This document shows, in pieces, positions 12,111-26,751 of a DNA stretch of 64,000 bases (position 1 is the first letter of the stretch; the number at the start of each line of letters is the position of its first letter). Both the position numbers and the translations under genes were made by a program. The stretch covers positions 181,226,001 to 181,290,000 of the forward strand of contig NC_042998.1 in assembly GCF_006345805.1 (NCBI RefSeq). Direction: 5' to 3'. Under the pieces are notes generated by a model. That model was not told the origin of the DNA. It did not search any database and saw nothing but the letters and a program-made list of their open reading frames with translations. Origin of the DNA: Octopus sinensis. Lineage: Eukaryota.

Positions 12111-12559
12111 TAGTGGTTTTGATATATTGACCGCTTTGTGTTTCTCAGCTTCGTTCTATGTAGGGTAAGATCGTTATTGAAGATAGATATGCCTATATAA
12201 AAAAGGAAATTGCTGGTACTAAATCCGATGTCTTTCTTTGAAGTTTACTTTTCTTTCTGATTCAAGCATGTTTAGCTGAGGTTTCGACCTGTTTTGCTCG
12301 TTTGTATGCATGGGTAAATTTTATACCTGTTTTCTCCAGTTTCTCGAAGTTCTGACTATTTTGAACAGGTCCATCGCTATCGAAATATTTTCACTTTTGG
12401 TGAAAATTTGCGTGTTGAGCTCATGATTTTCTGTCGACGTTCTTTACTTCCTCCTTTACTATCTCTTTTATTTGTGGTATTCCACCCGTGACTATCACTT
12501 TTATTCGTGGTATGTTGTTTCCAAGGTTGAATACTTCATTTTCTAAGACGATATAGTGT

Positions 12560-13235
12560 AATTGGATTTCGGACACGAAGACGCAAATTGATTGTCAAAG
12601 TGCTGCGTGAATTTTACTATCTTTGAAGTAATACTATAAATCAATGTGATGACAGCAGAGATAAAAAGACGAATTGGAAAAGCAAAATCTGTTGTTATCT
12701 CTTTGAACAGCATTTGGAAAAAAATCAATCAATAGATAAAAAAAAAAGAAGCTGAAATTGCAGCACACTTTGATATTTCCAATAGCAACATATGGATCTG
12801 AATGCTGGACACTTAAAAACAAGCTAGCGGAAAAAATTAGCTTTTCCCAATTTGATGTTATAGAAGAAATCTAAAAATTAGCTGGACAGAACATCAGATA
12901 AATCTATACGATAATAGGATAAATAAGATAAATTTAAACGCGGTGAACCAAACTTAAATCAAGTAAATGAACTGAACAAACAGAAACTTTATATATTTGG
13001 AGTTTGTCATAAGGGCAGTTGGTCTGCCAAAATTGCTGGTCGCTGTAAAGGCCCTTGAAAAGGAGCCAAGGCGAAGAACTGGAAAAAGCTGCATTGATAG
13101 CATTGTAGTAGGGATAAGATGATTGAAGATGGAACAATTCATGAGGGCAGCTGATGAGGAGAATGATCGCATAACTGTCGGACGAGTCACTCACAACCCA
13201 AGGGTTAGTGATTGCAGATGATGATGTGGAGGAGG
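12560..13235 (+). mobile_element. RTE-clade LINE 3' fragment (decayed RT C-terminus)
   Basis: Reads TAEIKRRIGKAKS...LIFPIATYGSECWTLK...CYRRNLKISWTEH, the canonical post-RT region of RTE elements, with stops and frameshifts; ends in (GAT)n. Confidence 0.8.
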
Positions 13236-13610
13236 AGGGGGCAGAAGGATGGGGAGGGGGAGAAGGAGGAGGGTGGTCGTCGTCGTTGTCGTGGCTGTGG
13301 TGGTGGTGGTGGAAGTGGTGGTGGTGGTGGAAGTGGTGGTGGTGATGGTGGTGGTTGTGGTGGTAGTGGTGGTGGTGGTGGTGGTGGTGGTGGTGGTGGT
13401 GGTGGTGGTGGTGGAGGAGGGGAGGTTTTTCTGCCAATTATTGCTGGTCTAACAACCTCAATAGGGCATTGATGTTGATTCTGTGCTGCTGTTGCCGTCG
13501 TCGATGTCGTTTGCTGCTGCTGCTGCTGCTACTGCTGCTGATGCTGCTGTTTTGGCGGCGGTGGCGGCGTCGTTGTAGTTGTAACTGCTACTGCTACTAT
13601 TACTACTGAT
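13230..13610. repeat. (GGT/GCT/GTC)n low-complexity tract
   Basis: Seen directly; source of the poly-His/Gly/Val ORFs. Confidence 0.92.
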
Positions 13611-13769
13611 TGTTCTATATAACTTTTTTAATAAAAATTGTGTGCGGAGACACAGCACCATTTTCTTTCTTACATTGAGTAAAAGAATGCATTGCCGTGT
13701 TTATATCTGGGGTTGTTTCGAAGAAAGCATAATGTGATCTGAAATAGTGAGGCAGTGAAAATGCCATCT

Positions 13770-14067
13770 TAAGCACCTTGTTCGACTCTATGCTTCCCGG
13801 GTAATCTTCACACCAAGCATTTAAATAATGTTTCCTTGCCATTGCACTCAGCTACAAAAATGAGTTGCGTCGTCATTAGTACCAAGCTGTATCGGCCCCT
13901 TTGCCTTTTCCCTTGGATAACATCGGTGTCGTGGAGAGGAGATACTGGTATACATGGGCGACTGCTGGTCTTCCATAAACAACCTTGCCTGGATTTGTGC
14001 TTTGGAAGGTAACTTTCTAGGTGCAATCCCATGGTCATTCATGACCAAAGAGGGTCTTTACTTTACT
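13770..14067 (+). mobile_element. SINE family C with a degraded head
   Basis: Reverse complement of the 1691-1930 region. Confidence 0.85.
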
Positions 14068-15914
14068 GCCAATGCGCCTACTCCAGTACTTTACCGTTGT
14101 TTATATTCTCTAGTCTATATAACCGATATCAGAGATCTTCGAACTCAGTTCTCTAGCATAATGGATAGCTACTAAATGCGACAAACATATGGTCTTTAGG
14201 TTAAAATGAAATCAGTATTCAGCACAAATAAGACAGTCATGTGTATTATCACTGAGAGAGTAGACTTGAGATATAATGTATCGAATATCAGTGTAAGTTC
14301 TCTTCTCTTGAGATACTAATAATTCCCTTAAGAAGATTCGATGAAGTTCATACTTCTTATTCCTTTCATTTTGTAAACGATCGGATTTTAGTACCATACC
14401 AAGCGAAACAAAAGCTTCTGACACGACGTCATCTAAGGCCTGATTTCGATTTCTTATAACTCATTTTGATAAGTATCCAATTAACTAATATTCGATGCAT
14501 GCCACAGCACGTTATTATTATATTAAATGATGTTTGATTCAATATGCTATCTTTTTCGAAACCAAGACACTCGTTCTCTATTACCTTAGTACATATTGAA
14601 TGCTTAGAACGTAAAAAAGCTTATTAAAAATATGTATCGAAGAAAAAAACTATTTATCAATGATTAATTAATTTTCATTCTTACTGGGAACTATAAGACA
14701 CATCTCTGCTTATGTTCAGATTTATTTTATTGCCTACATGACCAAGTAGTGATAGATTAATTGCTCGCTAATCTATTTGTTTATGTAATCAGTTTAAACG
14801 TCCGTATAAAGCTGATAAGCTCTGATAGCCCGAGGAAGATATATAATAACTCATACAAAAGAATAAATTAAAACTAGGCAGATAAAGACGGGAGAAAGGC
14901 ATACAAATACAAATCAGTGATATTAAATCGTTCAGCAGATCATATTCTTTCTTGGCAAATACTTGAAAATAAATTGCACCACCACTCTAGATGGCTTTTT
15001 ACGACTGTGTGAATATGCACAGTTGTACAGTTGTTGATGTTTGACAATTTAGGCGCGAGATTCGTGTAAAACAAGGGTTAAAATATATATATCCCATACA
15101 TAGTTTTAAAACCTTTACTGCAAATATATATTAGGTAACGAGAAAGCAATAGTAGTCAAACAATTTCGAATGTTTTGGTCTTGCTCTGACTTCATCAGCT
15201 AAGTACAAACGTAACTATACTTGCTGAAGCAATGATGAATGAATCACTAGGTTAAAGATACTAGCTAGAACATTTATCAGCGTCGGAAAATAGAAGTGTT
15301 TAGAAATTAAATAATTCAGTGAAGCCTTCCATATTAAAGAAACAATAAGTTAGTATTATGTTTCTAGTAACAGCTTTCTACAATTTATAACGGACTCAAA
15401 AGGAAGCATTAATTTGAAAAGTAACAGCTGTTGTCGAATGATGACACTGAACGTGCATAGTTAATAAAATCGAATACTTGACTGTTGCCTGATTTCCTGG
15501 ATTCTTCTTTTATTTGTATAATTATTTCTTAATTTATTAGTTGGTTTCTTGGTTGTTACTTGTGCTCTATCCAATTAAGTTAGTATTATAAAGTTACAAT
15601 GCAATGGGTCTTGAAATTCGGTTACTTCAGATTCCGGCTGACAACTTATGTTCATTTTTCTCTCCATGTCTTCCGGTCATTTCTTTGCAGTTGGAGACTC
15701 GTATAAAACATAGAGATTTCTTTTTCACTTAGAATTTGAAAATTTTGCAATTAAGACTTTACAACGTCCTCATCCGACCACGTTCATGATGTTAATGCGC
15801 TGTATATTAATATATCAATAATATATTAATAATAAATATATAAATAAATATGGGTCGATGTACAGACACACTCATGCACACATACTCACACACACACACA
15901 TATATATATGTAGA

Positions 15915-16107
15915 TATATCCTTTTATCTTTTACTTGTTTCAGTCATTAGACTGCGGCCATGATGGAGCACCGCCTTGAATTTTTAGTCGAATGAATCGA
16001 CCCAGTACTTACTTTTTAAGCCTAGTATTTGTTCTAATGTTACGGGGATGCAAACATACCAACACCGGTTGTCAAGCGGTGGGTGGGGAACAAACATAGG
16101 CAGAAAG

Positions 16108-16130
<23 letters not shown>
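15915..16130 (-). mobile_element. SINE family A, 3' half
   Basis: ttacttgtttcagtcatt...ggagcaccgcctt...caccggttgtcaagc. Confidence 0.8.
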
Positions 16131-16154
<24 letters not shown>

Positions 16155-16327
16155 GGGAGAGTTTACTAAAAAACAAAAGACGAAGACTGGTGGTGTACAA
16201 AACAAACAGATGTATTAGTATAACGCTCAGTATGTATATATATACATACTATACATACATACTACATACATACATACATACATACATACATACATACATA
16301 CATACATACACACATACATACATATAC

Positions 16328-16990
<663 letters not shown>

Positions 16991-17517
16991 AATGAAAAAT
17001 ATAGAGAAACTAAAATGGAAAGTGTTGTAGATATATCGGTTGCGGAAAGCTCACTCGATGAATAAACTTAGAAGACATTTACAGGAAGATCTGATAGTTG
17101 AAAATGATCGAGTTTGGGACAGTTCATTGCTTATCCATTTAATCCGAGAGTAATGTAAAACAGCCAATATTTTTAAAAATATTTATCAAAGAGAGGACAT
17201 ATGGTAAAAGTCTCTAATCATGTAGTTAGACGATTTACAATAATTGTTATTTATTCATGTTTTAATAGATATATAAAATTTATTTCGGAAGTAGTTGGTA
17301 CATTTAGGACGATATATATTATGTACCATAGCTGAAAGATCGGATTCAAATACTTCTAAGTAATTAATTCTAAGGCTTTTGCATTTATTTAAACCGAAGT
17401 ACGTGGTTACTCCGGTGGTTTCTAAGCTGTAAAACTGTGCAGCACGCGCGATTAACCACATCTGCTTTCTCTCGTAGCCTTTTCAGATATATTTTAGGCA
17501 GAATATACATAAACATG

Positions 17518-17576
<59 letters not shown>

Positions 17577-17629
17577 TATATATAATATATATATATATAT
17601 ATTATATATATAATATATATAATAATAAT

Positions 17630-17698
<69 letters not shown>

Positions 17699-17702
17699 TA
17701 TA

Positions 17703-18095
17703 GGCGTAGGAGTGGCTGTGTGGTAAGTAGTTTGCTTACCAACCACATGGTTCCGGGTTCAATCCCACTGCGTGGCATCTTGGACAAGTGTCTTCTGCTA
17801 ATAGCCGGGCCGACAATGCCTTGTGAGTGGATTTGGTAGACGGACACTGAAAGAAGCCTGTCGTATATATGTATTTATATATATATGTATGTGTGTGTAT
17901 ATGTTTGTGTGTCTGTGTTTGTCCCCCCTGGTGTGTTTACGTCCCCGTCACCTAGCGGTTCGGCAAAAGAGACGGCTATAGAATAGTACTGGGCTTACAA
18001 AAGAATAAGTCCCGGGTGGTCGAGTTGCTCGACTAAGGCGGCGCTCCAGCATGGCCGCAGTCAAATGACTGAAACAAGTAAAAGAGTAAAGAGTA
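17703..18095 (+). mobile_element. SINE family A (duplication unit 1)
   Basis: Family A head and tail. Confidence 0.9.
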
Positions 18096-18802
18096 TATTA
18101 CATTAATTTTGTTGCGATTATTATAAATCACTAACGCATATATATGACCTAATCATAGTTATTATAATTATCATCATATTATAATCATCTCTGTCATAAC
18201 TGTGAATACTACATTTCTTCACTGATATCATCAGTATTCTATCTCATCCTCTCTCACTGCGTTCTTGTTGTCATAGTTATTTATTTATTAAAGATCTCCT
18301 ACATTAATTCGCTTTTATCTACAGTCTGCTTACAACTGTAAAACGAATTCATCTGATATTTTCTATATTCTCTCTCCTTTTTTACCTCTGGACTTTTTTA
18401 CTTCCTCCTCCTCGTTGAAACTAAACAAAAAAACATTAAACACTACAACTAAAACAATATGTAAATAGAAACAATCTATAATCAAAGTCCAAATTAAGAA
18501 CACCGTTGCATCTTAACAATGCAGCCATAATTCCTTGCGCATTGTCTGTATCCGAAGTTTTAGTAACGTAACTCTCAGATAATCAACCAAGTGAACGGCG
18601 CCTAAACATCCGAGTTCCGTAACTTCTGGTTTTGATTTTTGTCCTCTGTGAGCTTCTTTGTTTATTGAGGAAGGTTTCAGGAGAAATTCTTTTATCTCAA
18701 TAGCCCAGCAGACAAGATATACAGGTCTATATATATATAAACTTACATACATGTATATGTATGTGTGTATATAGCATATATATGTGAGTGTGTTTCTATG
18801 TT

Positions 18803-18887
<85 letters not shown>

Positions 18888-18905
18888 CATATAATATATA
18901 GATAT

Positions 18906-18936
<31 letters not shown>

Positions 18937-19051
18937 ATATATATATATATATTATATAATAAACGTATGAATGTATTTATACATATAAACACACATATAC
19001 CATATGTAATTATGTGCACGATGTGTAAGTATTCGAATGAATATATATGTA

Positions 19052-19088
<37 letters not shown>

Positions 19089-19108
19089 GGGTATACAATA
19101 TATATGGG

Positions 19109-19182
<74 letters not shown>

Positions 19183-19263
19183 TATATATATGTAATATAT
19201 ATATATATAATATATATATACATAAATATATATATATATATTATATATATATTATATATTATA

Positions 19264-19311
<48 letters not shown>

Positions 19312-19705
19312 GGCGTAGGAGTGGCTGTGTGGTAAGTAGTTTGCTTACCAACCACATGGTTCCGGGTTCAATCCCACTGCGTGGCATTGGACAAGTGTCT
19401 TCTGCTATAGCCCCGGGCCGACCAATGCCTTGTGAGTGGATTTGGTAGACGGACACTGAAAGAAGCCTGTCGTATATATGTATTTATATATATATATGTA
19501 TGTGTGTGTATATGTTTGTGTGTCTGTGTTTGTCCCCCCTGGTGTGTTTACGTCCCCGTCACCTAGCGGTTCGGCAAAAGAGACCGATAGAATAAGTACT
19601 GGGCTTACAAAAGAATAAGTCCCGGGGTCGAGTTGCTCGACTAAAGGCGGCGCTCCAGCATGGCCGCAGTCAAATGACTGAAACAAGTAAAAGAGTAAAG
19701 AGTAT
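19312..19705 (+). mobile_element. SINE family A (duplication unit 2)
   Basis: Shares private variants (GGCGTAGG head, same internal deletion) with 17703-18095. Confidence 0.9.
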
Positions 19706-20412
19706 ATTACATTAATTTTGTTGCGATTATTATAAATCACTAACGCATATATATGATCCTAATCATAGTTATTATAATTATCATCATAATTATAATCATC
19801 TCTGTCATAACTGTGAATACTACATTTCTTCACTGATATCATCAGTATTCTATCTCATTCCTCTCTCACTGCGTTCTTGTTGTCATAGTTATTTATTTAT
19901 TAAAGATCTCCTACATTAATTCGCTTTTATCTACAGTCTGCTTACAACTGTAAAACGAATTCATCTGATATTTTCTATATTCTCTCTCCGTTTTACCTCT
20001 GGACTTTTTTACTTCCTTCCTCCTCGTTGGAAACTAAACAAAAAAACATTAAACACCAACTAAAACAATATGTAAATAGAAACAATCTATAATCAAAGTC
20101 CAAATTAAGAACACCGTTGCATCTTAACAATGCAGCCATAATTTCCTTGCGCATTGTCTGTATCCGAAGTTTTAGTAACGTAACTCTCAGATAATCAACC
20201 AAGTGAACGGCGCCTAAACATCCGATTTCCGTAACTTCTGGTTTTGATTTTTGTCTCTGTGAGCTTCTTTGTTTATTGAGGAAGGTTTCAGGAGAAATTC
20301 TTTTATCTCAATAGCCCAGCAGACAAGATATACATGTCTATAATATATAAACTTACATACATGTATATGTATGTGTGTATATAGCATATATATGTGAGTG
20401 TGTTTCTATGTT

Positions 20413-20495
<83 letters not shown>

Positions 20496-20751
20496 TACAT
20501 ATATATATATAGATATGTATATAATATATATATATATATATAATATATATATATATATATTATATAAATAAACGTATGAATGTATTTATATATAAACACA
20601 CATATACCATATGTAATTATGTGCACGATGTGTAAGTATTCGAATGAATATATATGTATGTGTATATATATAATATATACATATTATATATGGGTATACA
20701 TATATATATGGGTATATATATTAATATATATATTATATATTATATATATAT

Positions 20752-20797
<46 letters not shown>

Positions 20798-20832
20798 AAT
20801 ATATATATATATATATATATATACATAAATAT

Positions 20833-20873
<41 letters not shown>

Positions 20874-21118
20874 AATATATATATGTATATAGTGTATATA
20901 ATATATCCATACGTATAGTATACAATATATAAGATATATGTATTTCATATAAACTAATGCATACGCATACACTTATACATACGGTTGTGTACGCGCGTGC
21001 TGTTTACGTTGCCGGTTTCCCCTCTTTATTTTGGCTAGGCTACTTTTACTCGAAACCTACCGCAACACCATTCTTTTGTTTATAATACAATCGGCAGATT
21101 TCCTTTGATATCAAATAC

Positions 21119-21159
21119 CTCCAGCAGTAAATAATATTCGTTCTCGAGAACTTGAGACG
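21119..21159 (-). CDS. Weak candidate 41-bp exon (phase 1-0 reading ASQVLENEYYLLLE)
   Basis: Acceptor gattacttccag, donor AG|gtattt; all three frames are open, so the frame is chosen only by chain compatibility. Confidence 0.22.
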
Positions 21160-21897
21160 CTGGAAGTAATCTCAGAGATTATTATCACGAATAAATTCTT
21201 AGCGTTTACTTAATAACAGAGTAATGTAATAATACCTATGGATACGTTATTTATAATGTTTATTATTGTCTTACTTAATTTTTTTTTATTATTTATTTTA
21301 ATTTTAACTTTACGTTGCTATAAATTACTTTAATTGTTTATGCTTAATTAATGTAGTGAAACTATTAACTTTCTTCATCTTAAATCAGCTTTATGAGTAA
21401 ACGAGGGAGTCTCAAAGTGGTTGAACGATTTGATTGAAATTGCAGCTAATTTTTCTAAACACATCATACCATTTTAAATAAAGGATACATTAAACAATGC
21501 TATTACTGATACACTAACGTTTTTGATTATATATCTGTTCAATTTCTTTATTTTTTTATTATATATTTGTTCATTCAAGACTGATGTGAGAATCATCAAA
21601 AGCACTAACAGCAGTGACAAGGAAGGTTTCATTAAATAACGTTGTCTTAGGATAATTTTATAAATAAATGGAATGGCCATGGTTAGGATGTCTATGGTCA
21701 TAGATCTACCATGACAGTCAAATAACAACAATTAGTTATCGAGTTAAGGTGGTATCACTGGCATGGCTGTGTGGTTAAGAAGATTGATTTGCATCCACAT
21801 GATTCCGAGTTCAGTCCCACTGCGGGTCACCTTGGACAAGTGTCTTCTACTATAGCCTCAAGCCGATCAATGCCTTGTGAGTGAATTTGGATATCTA

Positions 21898-23155
21898 TTG
21901 GGTTGGCAACTAAGTTCCCGCCGTTTTTTTTTATTTAAATTTGTTTTAGTGTTTAATAAAAAAATAATAATAACACCTAATTAATCAATAACGTATTCAC
22001 CCTTGTTGTTTACAACTTCTTCCCAATGTTCAACAAGATTTTCAATACCACGTTGGTAGAAATCACCCGATTTCGACTCGAAAAATTGATCCAACCAAGC
22101 TCTCAATTCTGCATCTGTATTGAATGAAACTCCACGCATAGCATTTGAAAGAGATCGAAAGATGTGGAAATACTTTAGTGCCAAACCAGGAGAGTATGGT
22201 GGGTGTGACAGCACTTCCCAGCCATGCGTTTGAATGGCTTCCTTGGTCATATTGGCGATATGAGGGCGGGCATTGTCGTACAGCAGAAGAATTCCATGCT
22301 GCCGATTAGGTCTTTTCTTTTGAATAGTCGTGTTGTGTCGTTCCATCTGTTGAACATAGAGTTCCACATTGACCGTTTAGCACCATACGCAGTACATCGT
22401 TTTACGCGGATGAAGATCTTGTTTCACGTGCAGTGTCGCTTGTTTACCGGGGCTAAGCCATTCCTTACGCTGCTTCATATTGATGTACAGGCACCATTTT
22501 TCGTCGTCAGTAACGATTCGGTAAAGAAATCGTTGCTTGTGTCCATGAGTTGAGCGGTGACGAGCAAGCAAACCAGCGGAGATTGTGGCTCGTTGAGTTT
22601 TGTTGTTGTCACTTAAAACATGCGGAACCCATGCTCCATACTTCTGAACATTTCCCATCGAGTGAAGATGCTTCTCTATAGCAGAGTGAGAGCATTCCAT
22701 TTTCTCTGCCAGTTCCCTTGTCGTTTGACGAGAATTTTCGTGCAAAGGTTGGTTTAATTGCTCTTCATCGAACTTAACTAGACGGCCAGAACGAGGTGCG
22801 TCTTTGAGGTCAAAATTTCCATTTTTGAACTTGGCATACAACTCACGAGCGATAATCTCAGCTATAGCACCCTCTCCATACACAGTATAAATGTCGCGAG
22901 AAGCTTTTGCAGCCTTAGAACCTTGATTAAAAGCAAAAAGGAGGTGTCGAAAATGCTCGTTTTTCTTAACTTGACATTCCATTTTAATGATCTGAAAATA
23001 AATGAAAATTAACTAAAATTAACTAGAAGAAAAAAACAAAGTAGATTCTAAAATGATTCAAAAATAGATTTCTCGAAAAGAGAAGATTCCAAAATTTAAG
23101 AACGCAATAAATTTCAAAATTTAAAAAAACGATGGGAACTTAGTTACCAACCCAA
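21898..23155 (-). mobile_element. Full-length mariner DNA transposon (1258 bp)
   Basis: TIRs TTGGGTTGGCAACTAAGTTCCC... and ...GGGAACTTAGTTACCAACCCAA; TA TSD at 21896-97 and 23156-57; transposase inside. Confidence 0.95.
21981..22982 (-). pseudogene. Inactivated mariner (DD34D-type) transposase
   Basis: WVPHVL, IVTDDEKW, LYDNARPH and HPPYSP motifs; in-frame stop at 22377-79 at an apparent deletion of about 14 codons after CVW; third catalytic D absent (SPGLALKY versus SPDLAPSD). Confidence 0.9.
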
Positions 23156-23665
23156 TATATTTATACATGCGTGAATGTGAGTGTGTGTGAGTGTGTATGT
23201 GTGTTATTGTTTTTGTGCTCCCCAATAACGCTTGACAACCGATGTTGGTTTGTTTAATTACTTGTAAATTGGCACTTCGGCAAAAGAGAACCATAGAATA
23301 AGTACTGAAGTCAATTTGTTCGAATAAAACTCGTCGAGACGTTGCCCGAGCGAAGCTGCAGTCCAACGACTGAAACACGTAAATAATGAAAGCTATGTAA
23401 AGCAGGGAATCGCTGGGTTTTTATATAATAATTATATTTATATACAGAGTTCGAAATTTATTGCTTCAGTTACTTTATCAATGATTATTTAATGTATATA
23501 CTATTTTACTACTGCTAAATATGGTTTCCATCTGCCTTCAGTGGGGGACAATCTAGTATGAAGTATTTTGTGTTATACCTAAAGTATTTTGAGGTAGTCA
23601 TACAAAGTCCCGAGACATATAAACTCATAGAGCCGGTTTACCGGTTTGCATGGTGTATATTGGAA

Positions 23666-23979
23666 GCACTCCGTCGGTTACGACGATGAGGGTTCCGGTT
23701 GATACGAATCAACGGAACAGCCTGCTCGTGAAATTAACGTGTAAGTGGCTGAGCACTCCACAGACACGTGCACCCTTAACGTAGTTCTCGGGGATATTCA
23801 GCGTGACAAGGCCGGCCCCTTGAAATACAGGTACAACAGAAAGTAAGAGTGAGAGAAAGTTGTGGTGAAAGAGTACAGCAGGGATCACCACCATCCCCTG
23901 CCGGAGCCTCGTGGAGAAATTAGGTGTTTTCGCTCAATAAACACTCACAACGCCCGGTCTGGGAATCGAAACCGCGATG
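23666..23979 (-). mobile_element. SINE family D
   Basis: Reverse complement of 63496-63867, including the B-box region GGTTTCGATTCCCAGACC. Confidence 0.85.
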
Positions 23980-24009
23980 GTGTATATATTACCCACCTGG
24001 ACGTAACCT

Positions 24010-24170
24010 GTTGCAGGGTTACTTTTTTTGCCAGCTGAATGGACTGGAGCAACATGAAATAGATTGTTTCTGCTCAAGAACACAATGTGTGCCCGGTCCA
24101 GGAATCGAAACCGCAATCTTGCGATCTTAAGTCCAGCACCCTCACCATTAAACCATGCATCTCCACTGTA
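24010..24170 (-). mobile_element. SINE family C-like 5' portion
   Basis: gctgaatggactggagcaacatgaaat...gctcaagaacacaa...ggaatcgaaaccg. Confidence 0.65.
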
Positions 24171-24968
24171 TTTTGAGGGACTTGTGCTATTTATGAAGAA
24201 TTTACTGAATAAAAATACAAATACTGAGCCGTCATAAGGTCCATACAGCCAGAGAAAGAAAGGGGGGGAGAGAGAGAGAGATGTGTATGTATGTAGTATT
24301 TATGTATATATTCGCGTGAAAGGAGTTTGTGTAAAACAAAATGTCGTGTTTTACTGTTATTCTCAGTAGTAATCAATCCCAGACATTGCATGCGTATGTA
24401 TGCTCCAATAAGTTCGTATTTATATCGATGTATGTGTGTACATATTCGTGTGTGTGTTTATTCATGTGTGTGTGTATGCATATTCGTGTGTGTATGCATA
24501 TTCGTGCGTGTGTATGCAAATAAGTATGTATATTTATATATATTATAGATTTATAAATCTAGTGCTATCTTGTGCACCAGTACACATAGACACATGCTCT
24601 AAGTATATACTTACTAATCATAATGCACTACTTTTGGAAGAAAGTGGGGTAATTTGAAAAGGTAATTAATACTTATATTTTCATAAACACAGTGTTTAAC
24701 CCCCGTTTAGAAAGATGGCTATTCTTCCTCTGATAATGTTCAAATATCAACAGAAACTGGTCAGATCTACTTTAGTTTTTCTGCCCATGGAGAGATAAAA
24801 CTTGCAGCGTAACGATTACCTTCAGAAGAGATTAATAATCAGTGCCTTTTTTAATGTATAAAATGTTACACTTTTCAGTTCAAATTATCAAAATAACGCT
24901 ACGCAAGCTCTCTGAATTAAGCCAGTTTGTCGGGGCATGCCCTGTTATGCAAATCTTGTTGATTCCTA

Positions 24969-25201
24969 TTTCTTTACTACCCACAAGGGGCTAAACACAG
25001 AGGGGACAAACAAGGACAGACAAAGGGATTAGGTCGATTACATCGACCCCAGTGCGTAACTGGTACTTAATTTATCGACCCCGAAAGGATGAAAGGCAAA
25101 GTCGACCTCGGCGGAATTTGAACTCAGAACGTAACGGCAGACGAAATACGGCTACGCATTTCGCCCGGTGTGCTAACGTTTCTGCCAGCTCGCCGCCTTA
25201 T
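24969..25201 (-). mobile_element. SINE family B, full length, with a 15-bp TSD
   Basis: TCTTGTTGATTCCTA at 24954-24968 and 25202-25216; head AAGGCGGCGAGCTGGCAGAA on the minus strand. Confidence 0.93.
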
Positions 25202-26688
25202 TCTTGTTGATTCCTAATCTACTGAACAGAAGATGTGCATTCTTTCTCTGATATAAGTTTAGTGAGACTAAAATCTCCTCAGACAGATCTTAATTTATTT
25301 CTGTACAGAGGCAGAAAAAATTGCCGTGTATCTACTTTATTTTTTGAAGCAAGTCAGAAACTGTTTATTACAAATATGTATATCATACATTTCAAAGTTT
25401 ATATTTATATCTACACACATATATCTACATTATCTATGTTCAGTATGTTGCTTACAAAAGTTATAAACACGATCAGTATAATATATTTAACATATATTTT
25501 ATCATATATAATTAAATCATTTGAAAATTATCACTGTTTATTGCAGTTTTGTGTGGCTATCTGCATTCCAAAGGAGGCAGAATGTAGAGATAGAAATGTT
25601 AAGCGAACGTAATGCTAGCTAAGATTAAGTTACGAAACGACATCAGTGGAATTCAGATCTTAGGTGGTGACTCAGCATATTTATTAGATTTTATGAGCGA
25701 GTATTCTAATAGGCATCTTCATACCAACATAATTTGCTGCGTATTTTGTTACTTAAGACAGGCGAACTTTGGTTTAATAAATGGTCCTATTTTAGACTTA
25801 ATTCATAACGAGAGCTGCTACGACGACAATTTGTTATATGTTTGTTAATTTTTTTCTCTTCTCTACTAGTTGAGCGATACATATACGGAAGCGAAATCGT
25901 CCGCATCCAATATTTTGAACTTCTGCCCATTGAGTTTAGATGCAACTTACACACAGCAGTAATTTATCTTGAAAGAGTTAAACAGTCGGTAGAGCTTGTG
26001 AATAAAGAGGAGAATGTTCTTTATTTAAATTTAAGAATGTTCTTTATTTAAATTCATGGTGTTTAATCGCTTACTCATTAAAACTTGGAAATTATTTGCT
26101 TTCTTAATAAGTAAATAAATCACTTAAAATAGTTCTTTGAATAAGACGGAATTTTATGACGCATATTTACTCATGCAACTAAGAATCTTCCTATGATTAC
26201 TCTACTGCAGTGCAAGAATGCAAACTGCTCCAGACGTGACCCTTGTTGTTGAAAGAAACATTCCCTGTATGGTTAATGCAAATTCTCATCAAAATTGATT
26301 GCTTGTTAAACGGAATTGCTTGCTTTAAAACAAAGTTGAAATGCTATTTCTAATTTAGGCAAAAGGCCACCCATTATTAGAGCAAGATAGTTAATCAATA
26401 TATCAACCCTAGTATTTAAAATGTGCTTGCCCTCGAAAAGTCGAAGGGCAAAGTCCACTGCCTGCAGGATTTTAACTCAGAATGTAAAGGCTCGGAACAA
26501 TCGACGCAAGACATTTTCCGACACTCTTACGCAGTTGCCAATTCGAACTTTAAATATTAAAAATAAAACGTGTGCAACCAGGTGTAGTTGTTTTGCAAAG
26601 AATTTCGCCCTGCTACTACATTGCTCCGATTTCAATTCAACTGCACAGTACTTTGAGGACCTATCCGCAACTAAATCCTCAGTCTTAC

Positions 26689-26751
26689 CAATAGCTGTTG
26701 AGCAGAATTTGGTTGCCATTATCATTGCCTTTATCTTATGACCGGTGCACA
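26689..26751 (-). CDS. Candidate internal coding exon, 63 bp, phase 1-1 (xCTGHKIKAMIMATKFCSTAI)
   Basis: Acceptor ttttatcatag, strong donor TG|gtaaga, one open frame. Confidence 0.4.

Larger units (their letters stand above)
17640..20880. repeat. Near-identical tandem duplication of a ~1.6-kb unit (SINE A, ~700 bp unique DNA, (TA)n)
   Basis: SINE starts at 17703 and 19312 (offset 1609); the unique sequences align with mostly 1-bp indels. Confidence 0.88.
21757..23390 (+). mobile_element. Diverged SINE family A split by the mariner insertion
   Basis: 5' half (21757-21895) ends at gtgagtgaatttgga; 3' half (23158-23390) has cgcttgacaaccgatgttgg...gactgaaac. Confidence 0.78.

Noticed and set aside
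15150-15230. Minus-strand CTGATGAAGTC...GACCAAAAC hammerhead-like relic
   Set aside because: GAAA is mutated and the stems are poorly supported; at most a decayed remnant.
21474-21731. Signal-peptide-like MKPSLSLLLVLLMILTSVLN on the minus strand
   Set aside because: It runs straight into low-complexity A-rich sequence; hydrophobic runs arise readily by chance in AT-rich DNA.
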